30,752 bases of DNA from an uncultured Clostridia bacterium (lineage in GTDB: Bacteria; Bacillota; Clostridia; Oscillospirales; Acutalibacteraceae), in assembly GCA_905236975.1 (NCBI GenBank), contig CAJOQU010000182.1, positions 1 to 30,752 of the forward strand, read 5' to 3'. A model generated the notes under the pieces. That model was not told the origin of the DNA and made no database searches. It saw only the letters and a list, made by a program, of their open reading frames with translations. The position numbers and the translations under genes were made by a program. Each line of letters begins with the position of its first letter. The stretch's first letter is position 1. This document shows, piece after piece, positions 8,085 to 17,009 of the stretch.

Positions 8085-8822
8085 TCAGGCTTGCTTCTGA
8101 TTCATGAACGCGCGGTATCGTTCCACCACTTCGTTTGGTTCACCGATCTCAACCACCTGTCCGTCATTAAGCCACAAAACCTCATTGCATAATTCGGTGA
8201 TATTTCCCAGACTGTGCGACACAATAATCACCGTGCGCCTTTCATCCGAGATCAGTTCCTTCATTTTGTTATAGCTTTTTTCCTTAAACCGTGCGTCACC
8301 GACCGAAAGCACCTCGTCGATCAGAATAATATCGGTTTCCAAAATGGCGGTGATGGCAAAAGCCAGTTTTGAATACATCCCCGAGGAATAGGTCTTGACC
8401 GGTTTATCAATAAAATCACCGATATCGGCAAAATCCACAATTTCCTGCTCTTTTTGCTTGATCTGTTCTTCGGTGAAATCCAACAGCATGCCCGACAAAA
8501 AGATATTCTCGCGCCCGGTCAGCTTTTTGTTGAACCCCACCCCGATAGACAACAGCGAAATGGAATGTCCGTGCAGGTCGATCGACCCCTTATCGGGCGA
8601 AAAGATACCGGCAATAGCCCGCAGCATGGTGGATTTTCCGCTGCCGTTTTTTCCGATAATACCTAAAATTTTGCCTTCTTCTATTTCGAAACTGACGCCT
8701 TTCAAGGCTTCAAAAACCTCGATTTTATTTTTCCATTTGGTCCATGATGCACGGATGGAGGTTTTTTTCAGACCCCGATAACTGACATACAGATCGTTGA
8801 CCGTAATTGCCGGTTTTTTCAT
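8085..8822 (-). CDS. tagH: ABC transporter ATP-binding protein, TagH/Wzt type (no C-terminal carbohydrate-binding module)
   Basis: Walker A GKNGSGKST, signature YSSGM, Walker B IILIDE and H-loop VSH. About 245 aa from ATG 8822 (TAATG overlap with the permease stop). Confidence 0.88.
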   Translation of the reverse strand: MKKPAITVNDLYVSYRGLKKTSIRASWTKWKNKIEVFEALKGVSFEIEEGKILGIIGKNGSGKSTMLRAIAGIFSPDKGSIDLHGHSISLLSIGVGFNKKLTGRENIFLSGMLLDFTEEQIKQKEQEIVDFADIGDFIDKPVKTYSSGMYSKLAFAITAILETDIILIDEVLSVGDARFKEKSYNKMKELISDERRTVIIVSHSLGNITELCNEVLWLNDGQVVEIGEPNEVVERYRAFMNQKQA

Positions 8823-9604
8823 TAGATCACCTTCGCATAACTGTTTTCGTTTTTGTGGATCATATGCACGCCGAGTGCGCACAGCAAAATCCCTATGGCA
8901 AGCCAAATGCCAAGTCCCTTCCAGCTTGGAAGAGTGCCATACAGCATGACCTTACGCAGTTCGTTCATAATAAAGGCCACGGGGTTAAAGCGCAACAGCA
9001 TATGCGCCAGATTGCCGTCTAACCGCTGGTTGATGTCATAAAAGACGCCTGACAGATAAAAGATCATGCGGAGCGCAATGTTGGTCAAGTTGCTAAGATC
9101 GTTGACCGTTACGCCGAAGTTCATTAAAATCAGGCCGATACCAAAAGAGATAACATACAGTACCATAAAAATAGGGAACAACAGCAAAATATGCGGCCTA
9201 AAGGGTACATGCTGATAGAGCATCAGTGCAAAGGCGATCAAAAAGGAAATACCGGATTTGAACAAATAGGTAAAGGACTTGGACAACAGCAAAATATATT
9301 TTGGAATATAAACCTTCGTGACCAGGTCGCGATTGCGGATAATCAGCTTCACGCTGCCCGATACCATGCGGTTGAAAAACTCCCACACGGTCAAGCCCAC
9401 AAAAATGAAGGAAGCAAAATAAGGCGTTTTGTTTTGGAAAATAACGCCGAACACAAAGGTATAAATCAGCATAAAGCAAAATGGCTCAATGACCCACCAC
9501 AGCCAGTTTAAATAGGAATCGGCCACTTCGCTTTTCAGTTCCGCTTTGGCACTGCGCACCGCGTATTTAAAGTATTTTTTAATATTTAGAAAGAATCGTT
9601 TCAT
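8822..9604 (-). CDS. tagG: ABC-2 polysaccharide/teichoic acid exporter permease, TagG/Wzm type
   Basis: About 260 aa hydrophobic protein. Motifs: WWVIEP, V-x-K-x-Y-I-P-like VTKVYIPK, FYLSGVFY and RFNP. Start set at ATG 9604 with SD GAGG. Confidence 0.88.
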   Translation of the reverse strand: MKRFFLNIKKYFKYAVRSAKAELKSEVADSYLNWLWWVIEPFCFMLIYTFVFGVIFQNKTPYFASFIFVGLTVWEFFNRMVSGSVKLIIRNRDLVTKVYIPKYILLLSKSFTYLFKSGISFLIAFALMLYQHVPFRPHILLLFPIFMVLYVISFGIGLILMNFGVTVNDLSNLTNIALRMIFYLSGVFYDINQRLDGNLAHMLLRFNPVAFIMNELRKVMLYGTLPSWKGLGIWLAIGILLCALGVHMIHKNENSYAKVI

Positions 9605-9617
9605 GGTTTTCCTCTTT

Positions 9618-10691
9618 TCAGGCGGGGTCGATCCCACATTCCTCTTTTAAGTGTAACAGGGTGCGGCGAAACCCTTCCTCAATGGCGTAACGCGGCTGCC
9701 AGCCAAGCTCTGTACGAATTTTTTCGGTCGATAAAATACCGTGCGTAAACGCGGCTGTGCCGGCATTGACGGTCTTGGGAATTTCAAAAACCAATTGCAG
9801 ACCCTTCTCCGGTTCCAATCCCACCAAGGTCTCGGCCAGTTCTTTAATGCTGGTTTTGGAAGCCTCGTCAGCAATATTATACACCAATCCGGTCGAGCGC
9901 AGCAATACCAAAAACATCGCGCTGATCGCGTCGGCAATGTAGGTATAGGTCCGTACCGAGGAACCATCGCTTTTCAGCACAATATTCTCCCCGTGAATGA
10001 CATTGTTCAAAAAGTCTGCCTGTACGCGGCCGTCGTCAATCGCCATGCCGGGTCCGTAGGTATGCGCCAGTCGAACGATTTTGGCATTCAGCCCATATTC
10101 CGCGGCAAAGCCGCTGCACATGTTTTCGGCCGCTTTTTTACCCTCGGCGTAGCCGTTGCGCGGCACCAGAGGGTCAACCTGACCAAGTGGGCCGTCTTCG
10201 GTAAACAGCTCCTGTCCCTCCATGGGCTGGCCGTAAATTTCACGCGATGAGATAAACAAATACCCCGCCGCCTGTTTTTCCTGTGCCAACCGCAGGGTAT
10301 TCGCCGTGCCAAGGGTGTTGGCAAAATTGGTCTCGACCGGCTGGCGGCTCATGATTTTAGGGCTTGCGGGCGAAGCGGCATGCACGAGGTAATCCACCGG
10401 CCCCGTGATCGAAAGCGGCTGGGTGATATCCGCCTTTACCACCGTGACGGCCGGGTCACTTTGAATGTATGAATCTAACTTGGCAGGATTGCGCACTACG
10501 GCGATAATGCGTACATTTGCACCTGTAAGCCGGTTGAGCTTTTGCAGCGTGTAGGCAAAGTACGACCCCACCATGCCCGACGCACCGGTGATAAGGAAGG
10601 TCTTGTTCTGCAATTTTTCCAACAGCAGTTCCTGCCCGCAGTCCGCGATAATGTTTTGTACGTCCTGATCCACAATAGCGGTATATTTCAT
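9618..10691 (-). CDS. Extended SDR NAD-dependent epimerase/dehydratase/reductase (possible CDP-ketose reductase)
   Basis: Motifs TGASGMVG, HAASPASP, ISSREIYG, YAEGK (YxxxK) and DDGRV. Start set at ATG 10691. Confidence 0.85.
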   Translation of the reverse strand: MKYTAIVDQDVQNIIADCGQELLLEKLQNKTFLITGASGMVGSYFAYTLQKLNRLTGANVRIIAVVRNPAKLDSYIQSDPAVTVVKADITQPLSITGPVDYLVHAASPASPKIMSRQPVETNFANTLGTANTLRLAQEKQAAGYLFISSREIYGQPMEGQELFTEDGPLGQVDPLVPRNGYAEGKKAAENMCSGFAAEYGLNAKIVRLAHTYGPGMAIDDGRVQADFLNNVIHGENIVLKSDGSSVRTYTYIADAISAMFLVLLRSTGLVYNIADEASKTSIKELAETLVGLEPEKGLQLVFEIPKTVNAGTAAFTHGILSTEKIRTELGWQPRYAIEEGFRRTLLHLKEECGIDPA

Positions 10692-10698
10692 ATTACTC

Positions 10699-11439
10699 TC
10701 ACTTCTTTGTTTCATTGCCAAGGCTTAAAAACTCGGCGTAATCTTTGGCGTTCAGGTTCCCGATCAGGGTGCAGAAATCCTCGGGCGAGGTCACCTTGAT
10801 GTTGCCGCGGTTGCCCTCGATCAAATGGCAGTACACGCCATGCTTGAACATCAGCCCGCAGGAATCCACAATTCCTTCGTAATCGGGATTGGTCTGCCGC
10901 TCTTTCACATGCAGGCGATACAGCAGATCCAGCGAAAAGCACTGGGGCGCCTGCGCGGTATAAACCATGCGGCGATCGGGCATATCGCCCACCGTTTGAC
11001 CGTCAGAACTGATCAACGGCGTTTCAAAACAGCGGGTCGCGGTAATGGCGGTGCCGAATTCCTCAGCCGAGCGAATACATTTGGTAATGGTTTCCTCGGT
11101 CACAAGTGGGCGCACGCCGTCATGAATCAACACAATGGCGTCGTCATACCGCTTTTTGACCTCCGTCAAACCGATAAAAATGGAATCTTGCCCGGTCTTG
11201 CCCCCGGGGACAATGTCCATGACCTTGTCCACCCCGAATTTTCCTATCAGTTCCCGCAGGTAGGGGATCCATGATTCGATGCAAACAACATAGATTTCAT
11301 CCACCAACTTATGATTTTCAAACAATTCCAGCGTGTGCAGAATAATCTCTTTGCCGCTGACCTTTAAAAACTGCTTGGGGATTTCGGCTCCCATGCGTTG
11401 GCCGGTGCCCCCGGCAAAAATAATGGCGATTTTTTTCAC
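10699..11439 (-). CDS. IspD/TarI-family sugar-phosphate cytidylyltransferase
   Basis: Motifs IIFAGGTGQRMG, PKQFL, IHDGVRP, QAPQCF and NIKVT. GTG at 11439 lies 8 nt from SD AGGAG. Confidence 0.9.
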   Translation of the reverse strand: MKKIAIIFAGGTGQRMGAEIPKQFLKVSGKEIILHTLELFENHKLVDEIYVVCIESWIPYLRELIGKFGVDKVMDIVPGGKTGQDSIFIGLTEVKKRYDDAIVLIHDGVRPLVTEETITKCIRSAEEFGTAITATRCFETPLISSDGQTVGDMPDRRMVYTAQAPQCFSLDLLYRLHVKERQTNPDYEGIVDSCGLMFKHGVYCHLIEGNRGNIKVTSPEDFCTLIGNLNAKDYAEFLSLGNETKK

Positions 11440-11441
11440 TG

Positions 11442-12572
11442 TCAACACTCCTGTTTTGGCATGTACTCTTCTACCAACGAGGCCACCTTGCGGGTGCAGT
11501 CCTCAGTGTTTTCCACATAACGTGCCGTAAAGGCTCTTAAATATTCCAAATCATACGGCTTTTCAAGATCCCGCACCAACGCGGCCGCCTCCTGCTCGGT
11601 GAAGCCCGGCAGCGTATCGTAATCCAGCGCAAGACCGCGATCGCTTTGATATTCCTCTAAATCGTAGGCGTAAAAGTACAGGGGAATATCCCGCACGGCG
11701 GCCTCGTAGATCACACAGGAATAATCGCTGATGACCTTGTCAGCCACAAAAAGCATATCAAAGGTGGTAAAGACACGATCCACGATCACGCGATCATCCG
11801 AACAGTCGGCCGCAAACAGCGGGTGCGCCTTGACGACCAGCGCGTACCGCTCAAAGTCAAAGGCATCGGCCAACTGCCGCAGATGGCGGGCGAATTCTTC
11901 ATGCCCACCCTCCCGAAAAGTAGGGGCGTAAATCACCGTGGGTTTTTCCTGTAAGCAGGGGTAACGCGCATAAACGGCCGCGCGTGTCTTTTGTTCGTAG
12001 GCCGCGTCATGCAGCAGATCAAAGCGCGGCAAGGTGTAAATTTTGATTTTATCCGGCGAAATATCAAACCCTTGATACAAATGCTCGCTGTACGCCCTGC
12101 CCGAACACAGCACTACATCATAATGGCGGTGCATGTTCATGGCCTTCGCCATGCGGGGCGACGTACCCTCTTTCTTGCCGATAGCCGAATAACCGAACCG
12201 CTTCATGGTGCCGTTGGAATGCCACATTTGAATGACCGTCAAACTTTTTTTATGCCGCAAAAGACTGACGGCCGGGCAGTAGGAATCCAGCACACAAACG
12301 CGTGAAGTTGCCAAATGGTACATCTGCCGGAAAATATGCAGCCCATACCGCAGGCACACGCTTGCCCGCGCCTTCTCCTTGCCTTCCAGCGTTTTGCAGA
12401 GCATCACCACCCGATGCCGCCGCTCAAGCGCCCGCCCAAGCAGCACAAAATCGAGCCCCGGACAGTCGCTTTGTCGGCTGATCATGACCACTTTGTTTTG
12501 TGCCGGTAAAATCTTCAATATCAGGTAGATCAAATTCAAAAAAACCTTGAACAAGCCAATCAAAACAGTCAT
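11442..12572 (-). CDS. CDP-glycerol/CDP-ribitol phosphotransferase family protein (TagB/TarB-like primase candidate)
   Basis: 376 aa. Motifs QMWHSNGTMKRFG, IYAPTFR, KAHP, ISDYSCV and YAYD. Confidence 0.85.
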   Translation of the reverse strand: MTVLIGLFKVFLNLIYLILKILPAQNKVVMISRQSDCPGLDFVLLGRALERRHRVVMLCKTLEGKEKARASVCLRYGLHIFRQMYHLATSRVCVLDSYCPAVSLLRHKKSLTVIQMWHSNGTMKRFGYSAIGKKEGTSPRMAKAMNMHRHYDVVLCSGRAYSEHLYQGFDISPDKIKIYTLPRFDLLHDAAYEQKTRAAVYARYPCLQEKPTVIYAPTFREGGHEEFARHLRQLADAFDFERYALVVKAHPLFAADCSDDRVIVDRVFTTFDMLFVADKVISDYSCVIYEAAVRDIPLYFYAYDLEEYQSDRGLALDYDTLPGFTEQEAAALVRDLEKPYDLEYLRAFTARYVENTEDCTRKVASLVEEYMPKQEC

Positions 12573-14096
12573 TTATATATCCTCAAAAAGCTCGTTTAAA
12601 ATACGGTTACAGGCGTTGCGCGGCTCTCCTTGCTGAATGCCGGCAAAGCGGTCATCGGGCAGGTCGTTCTTGATCTGTTCCAGAATCGCCAACACCTCAT
12701 CGAAGTGCACGGCCTCGTACTGCTGTTGGCAAAATACATCCAGCGTGTAGACCTGCCGCTCGTATTCGTACAGCGTTTTATCGTAACGGAAAAAGATGAG
12801 CGGCCGATCAAACAGCGAGAACTCATACGCGCAGGAGGAATAATCGGTCATCATGATGTCACTGACATAGATCAGTTCATTGATGTCATGATCGTGATAA
12901 TCAAAAATGCGATCGCGGTAATCCGGCGGAATTTCAATTCTTTCCTGCACAAAGGGGTGCATTTTGATCATCATCACAAAGTTGTTCTGCTGTAAAAAGG
13001 CATAGAGTTTATCCAGCGGCAAAACCGAAAACTCATAGGTTGCCTCGCGATGATTTCTACCGCGAAAAGTGGGGGCAAACAGAATGGTTCTGCTGTTTTT
13101 CAGCGCCGGATTCTCGGCGTAAAGGCGGTCGGCGGCGGCAAGATAGTTCTCTTTTTCCAAATATCCGTCTAACCGCGGCATGCCAAAAGCTTTGATGTTT
13201 GCCGGATCACAGCCGAAGACCTCGCTGTAAACCGCAATCAGGTCGTCACGATCCACAAATACATCGGTATACCGGCGATGGCAGGAGCGATACGGATGGG
13301 GCGACTCCGATCTGCCAAACCGCGCATAACCCAGCGCCTTGAATCCCAGCCCCGCATGCCAAAGCTGCGCTAATTTTACATCCTTGGCCAAATACAGTTG
13401 GGTAAGCAGCGGCGTGTAATTATCCACCACCACCACATGGCTGAGGGCAAGGTATATAACTTCTTTGATAAGTCGCATGGACGATTTTCGTTTATCGCTA
13501 AAGACATCTTTGGCAAATACTCTGACCTTATATTTTGTTTTGTCGATTCGATCATAAAGAGCCTTTAAATTATCTTTCAATGCGTTGCTGTTTTCTGTTA
13601 AAAACAGCACATTGCGCGAAGAACAGAAAAGATGGAAAAATCCATAACACCGCCTTAAAACGAATAAACCTGCCACGGTGACCGCCATTTTAGCCTTCTT
13701 TTTTAATCCCTCTTCGTCCGACAAACGGAAAAATCGTTTGGGCGATGCATTATGTCGCATAAATTGCGTTTGGATATACAAATGCAAGTCATGATCAATA
13801 TAGAAATTGACCAAATAAGCATACCGCTCTTTTTGATAAAGAAAATTTCTGGAAAGATCCTCTAAACGGGGGATCAGTTCTTCCGAAAGGGTGATGTCGT
13901 GATATTCCGTCAGCAGCTGCCAGCACCCGGCAGGGAGCATTTCGCTCTCCGGCGTATTATAAACCGGAAGAATGATCTCATTCTTTAAGATATGCAAAGG
14001 AAGCTTGCGGCTTCCGTCCATCAGGAATACCTGTTCCTGCAACTCTTGGTTGACCTTCATATGCAGGTTGGCCCTTTCCCAGTGAAAATCCAACAC
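12573..14096 (-). CDS. CDP-alditol phosphotransferase family protein (TarK/TarL-like polymerase candidate)
   Basis: Motifs QLWHAGLGFKALG, GMPRLD, LFAPTFRG, KMHPF and TDYSS. The start is uncertain (14060-14111, see findings). Confidence 0.85.
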   Translation of the reverse strand: MLDFHWERANLHMKVNQELQEQVFLMDGSRKLPLHILKNEIILPVYNTPESEMLPAGCWQLLTEYHDITLSEELIPRLEDLSRNFLYQKERYAYLVNFYIDHDLHLYIQTQFMRHNASPKRFFRLSDEEGLKKKAKMAVTVAGLFVLRRCYGFFHLFCSSRNVLFLTENSNALKDNLKALYDRIDKTKYKVRVFAKDVFSDKRKSSMRLIKEVIYLALSHVVVVDNYTPLLTQLYLAKDVKLAQLWHAGLGFKALGYARFGRSESPHPYRSCHRRYTDVFVDRDDLIAVYSEVFGCDPANIKAFGMPRLDGYLEKENYLAAADRLYAENPALKNSRTILFAPTFRGRNHREATYEFSVLPLDKLYAFLQQNNFVMMIKMHPFVQERIEIPPDYRDRIFDYHDHDINELIYVSDIMMTDYSSCAYEFSLFDRPLIFFRYDKTLYEYERQVYTLDVFCQQQYEAVHFDEVLAILEQIKNDLPDDRFAGIQQGEPRNACNRILNELFEDI

Positions 14097-14141
14097 CTTG
14101 AATGTCGTAACCGCACCCTCCTTTCCAATAATCCCGGTTTG

Positions 14142-16820
14142 TTATGCCTTTTCTAAATATCGTGTCACAGCACGGAAAATTCTTTCACAGTTATTATGAT
14201 CGTCAAACGCGAAGAATTTTTCATCCCGCTCGCGGTACTCCGGCTTAATTTGACAGCCATTTTGCATATAAAAGCAAAGCTCGTTTACTAATGTTTCCTC
14301 GTTTTTGCAGACAGGACCGAAACCCATGGTTGCAAAATCCATCATGCCGGTGTCATAATGGGGCGGCAGGGCGTCGGGGTGGTAATAAATCAATGCCTTT
14401 TTCATGTAGGCGAAGTCATACTGCACACCCGAGTAATCGGTGACCATCAAGGAAGATTCGGTCAAAATCTTTTCATAATTCATGTCGCCGGTGGCCTGCA
14501 GCAGTTCGATGTAATCGTCACCCTTAAAGTCCTCCATTTGACTGCTCATGGCCGGGTGCAGCAGATAAATAATGCGATAACCGGTGTGTTTGGCGCATTC
14601 AATCAGCTTTTGGTTGTTGATCAACCCATTATAAATTTTGAAATAGGTGCTGTTTTTAAAATTATCATTATGCTTTTTCTTAAAGTGCGCCACGCTGGAG
14701 TTGACCACGTTCCGCCGCCATGTGGGAGTAATCAAAATGATCTTCTGATCGCAGTTTTTCAGCCCATCAAACCGGGCAAGCCCCGTAAGCAGCAACTGCT
14801 CGGGCTTAAAATCGTATTCCGGCTTTGACAGGTTTTCGATCTCATAAGGACTGGCGCAGCAGTACAGTCGAATATTGTCGAACAAACGGTTTTGGAACTG
14901 CCCCAGTTCCTGCATGGAAAGCCCATGCTGAATACAAATGATCTCCGGGTTGAAAAGCCCCGCCACAAACCGCCGCTCGTCACCGTCAAACCCGCAGTAG
15001 GAGATCGCGTTGGCATGGGTGTCTAAAATAACCTTTGCATGCAGGCTGTACAACTTGCACCGCGTGCTGCCGTATACCAACACCCGCTTTTTATTTTGCC
15101 GCACCAGACGCTCAAAATCGGGGGCATCCCGCTTGATGATATAATAAATGTTCAGGCCGTTTTGTAAGCCGTACTGATACATATATTCGCCGTTGTCACC
15201 GGCTTTGTAAAGCTTGTCAAAGGTGATCCAAATGTTTTTCTTTTTCAAGAAGGGCTTGCTCAGGAAATAGAGTGTCCGCAGCCAAAATTCACGAAACACA
15301 TAGGCTTTGCTTTCCTCGTTTTTGATTTTTGAAAGGAAAAATAAAGCCTCCAGTTTAAGGGTTTTCAAGGCGCTCGATCGACTGATAACCAGCTCGTTAT
15401 GCTTGTTTTGCACCGTAAAGCCATCGCCGTTCCAATAGGCTCTTTTAGAGTTATTGAGCCGCGCTTGAATCTTGACAAAATTAAAGCTCATCTCGTATTC
15501 GATGCCGTCATAAATCAGGTATGCCCGCAAAGAGCCGAAGCGCTCGTGAACATCCACCTCAAACTGAAAGGTATATTTTTCATTGATCACCTTCCCAAAC
15601 GCGCGGGAAAGGCCGTATACATGATTCCGCCGAATGGGAACCTCTTTACCGCCATAAACCATTTTGATATGAATATCGTCATGGGCAAGATAGTCTTGAA
15701 TGCCGACCGTGCAGTCAAACAGCAGCTTACCGTTTTGATAATTGATGGCATACACGTTGACCTTTTCGTAATACAGCCGAAGAATAGGGGTGTTGAGGCG
15801 ATCGTGCGATTCAAACAGGCGGCCGCCCGATACATAGGTGAAAAAGTTGTCGCCCCGTTTCAGCTTGTACAAATAAAACTTAAGCGTGCGGGGAATCTTG
15901 AAAGCGTGGTTCCAATGCTTGTACTCGCTGTCGATTTGGGATTGCAGAATGATGTTATCATCCAAATATTCCAACAGTGCTTTGGTCGCAGCCAAAAACC
16001 GCTCGACCTCATTGGCATCTAACACGTTTTTATTGCGTTCGTTGGTGTTGCAGTTGTATTTGGCGTAGATCATGTACATCACGACCTCCTGCACATAAAT
16101 GGGAACATGCCGGAAAGTCTTTATATATGCCAGCCATTGCTCCAGCGCTGGGGTGTACCAGTCAAACTCGTATTGCACCGCACATTTGGAGGTATTGTCT
16201 TCAAACGGGGCAAGCGACGTAAGCTTCACCGTGCCCAAGTTGAAGTATACAGGGTTGGCGCCATACAGCTCTAACAAAAATTTTTCTTTAAAATCCACCC
16301 CGAAGGCCGGGTCAAAGACTTGCTTTCCCAAACGCTTACGGCTGATAAAATAGCTTGGCAGATTCAGGTTGATATCCGAAGGCTTTTGTTCCACATCCAA
16401 AACCGCCGTCACTGACTGGCTTAATTTATAGGTTTGGTACGGGTAGTCCATGCCATCGTCATAAAAAGACATAGCGCAGGCTACCATACCGGTTTTGCGG
16501 ATATTTTCACACACCCGCTTGAAGGTGTCCGGCTTTTGCGGCAGCACAGCGGAATCAATAAACCAGCAGATTTGCGCCTCGGTGGCGGCAATGCCGTCGT
16601 TATAAAAAACAGCGGCGTTCGGAACGTCATACTCTTTCAACACACAATCCGACATCCACGCATTGATCTGCGCCCGTTCCTCCCCCGTAAGCGGAGCGGT
16701 TCCAATGACGACTTCTATCTTCGCACGATCATAGCTCTGCTCCCGAATAGCGGTCAGACAAGCTTGTAAATGCTCAGGATGATTGTTATAAATAAAAATC
16801 GCAAAATCCTTCATGTTCAT
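14142..16820 (-). CDS. Large TagF-family phosphotransferase with an N-terminal GT2-like domain
   Basis: C-terminal motifs DNGEY, QHG, GLARFD, ITPTWR, LHP and VTDYSGV. N-terminal GT-A-like pattern: LQACLTAIREQSY, YNDG, WFIDS. The start is 16820 or 16814. Confidence 0.85.
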   Translation of the reverse strand: MNMKDFAIFIYNNHPEHLQACLTAIREQSYDRAKIEVVIGTAPLTGEERAQINAWMSDCVLKEYDVPNAAVFYNDGIAATEAQICWFIDSAVLPQKPDTFKRVCENIRKTGMVACAMSFYDDGMDYPYQTYKLSQSVTAVLDVEQKPSDINLNLPSYFISRKRLGKQVFDPAFGVDFKEKFLLELYGANPVYFNLGTVKLTSLAPFEDNTSKCAVQYEFDWYTPALEQWLAYIKTFRHVPIYVQEVVMYMIYAKYNCNTNERNKNVLDANEVERFLAATKALLEYLDDNIILQSQIDSEYKHWNHAFKIPRTLKFYLYKLKRGDNFFTYVSGGRLFESHDRLNTPILRLYYEKVNVYAINYQNGKLLFDCTVGIQDYLAHDDIHIKMVYGGKEVPIRRNHVYGLSRAFGKVINEKYTFQFEVDVHERFGSLRAYLIYDGIEYEMSFNFVKIQARLNNSKRAYWNGDGFTVQNKHNELVISRSSALKTLKLEALFFLSKIKNEESKAYVFREFWLRTLYFLSKPFLKKKNIWITFDKLYKAGDNGEYMYQYGLQNGLNIYYIIKRDAPDFERLVRQNKKRVLVYGSTRCKLYSLHAKVILDTHANAISYCGFDGDERRFVAGLFNPEIICIQHGLSMQELGQFQNRLFDNIRLYCCASPYEIENLSKPEYDFKPEQLLLTGLARFDGLKNCDQKIILITPTWRRNVVNSSVAHFKKKHNDNFKNSTYFKIYNGLINNQKLIECAKHTGYRIIYLLHPAMSSQMEDFKGDDYIELLQATGDMNYEKILTESSLMVTDYSGVQYDFAYMKKALIYYHPDALPPHYDTGMMDFATMGFGPVCKNEETLVNELCFYMQNGCQIKPEYRERDEKFFAFDDHNNCERIFRAVTRYLEKA

Positions 16821-16903
16821 CTCTTCCTCAGCCATGTGCAGTCGACATATTTCTACGACCGGAAAGCCCAAAAATGCGGCTGGTATTTTTTTACATTCAT
16901 ATT

Positions 16904-16932
16904 ATTATAGCATTTAATGGGTAATATGTAAA
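16904..16932 (-). promoter_or_regulatory. sigmaA promoter of the teichoic-acid-like operon
   Basis: On the minus strand, TTTACA (16932-16927) - 17 nt - TATAAT (16909-16904), with a TG extended -10. Confidence 0.75.
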
Positions 16933-16961
16933 CCATAAATTTTTCAGATTCCGCCGGGTTT

Positions 16962-17009
16962 TGAAAATTCGGAATCCGAAAAAGGGGATTTCCCTTTCAG
17001 ATTCCGAAT
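16962..17009 (-). terminator. Long hairpin / probable terminator overlapping the malQ stop codon
   Basis: ATTCGGAATC (16967-16976) is the inverse of GATTCCGAAT (17000-17009), with an inner AAAGGG/CCCTTT stem. TTTTC follows on the minus strand. Confidence 0.55.

Noticed and set aside
10699-11439. Calling the cytidylyltransferase ispD of the MEP pathway
   Set aside because: Its context among CDP-alditol transferases and an exporter, with no ispF, favours a TarI/AbpA-like role, so no symbol was given.
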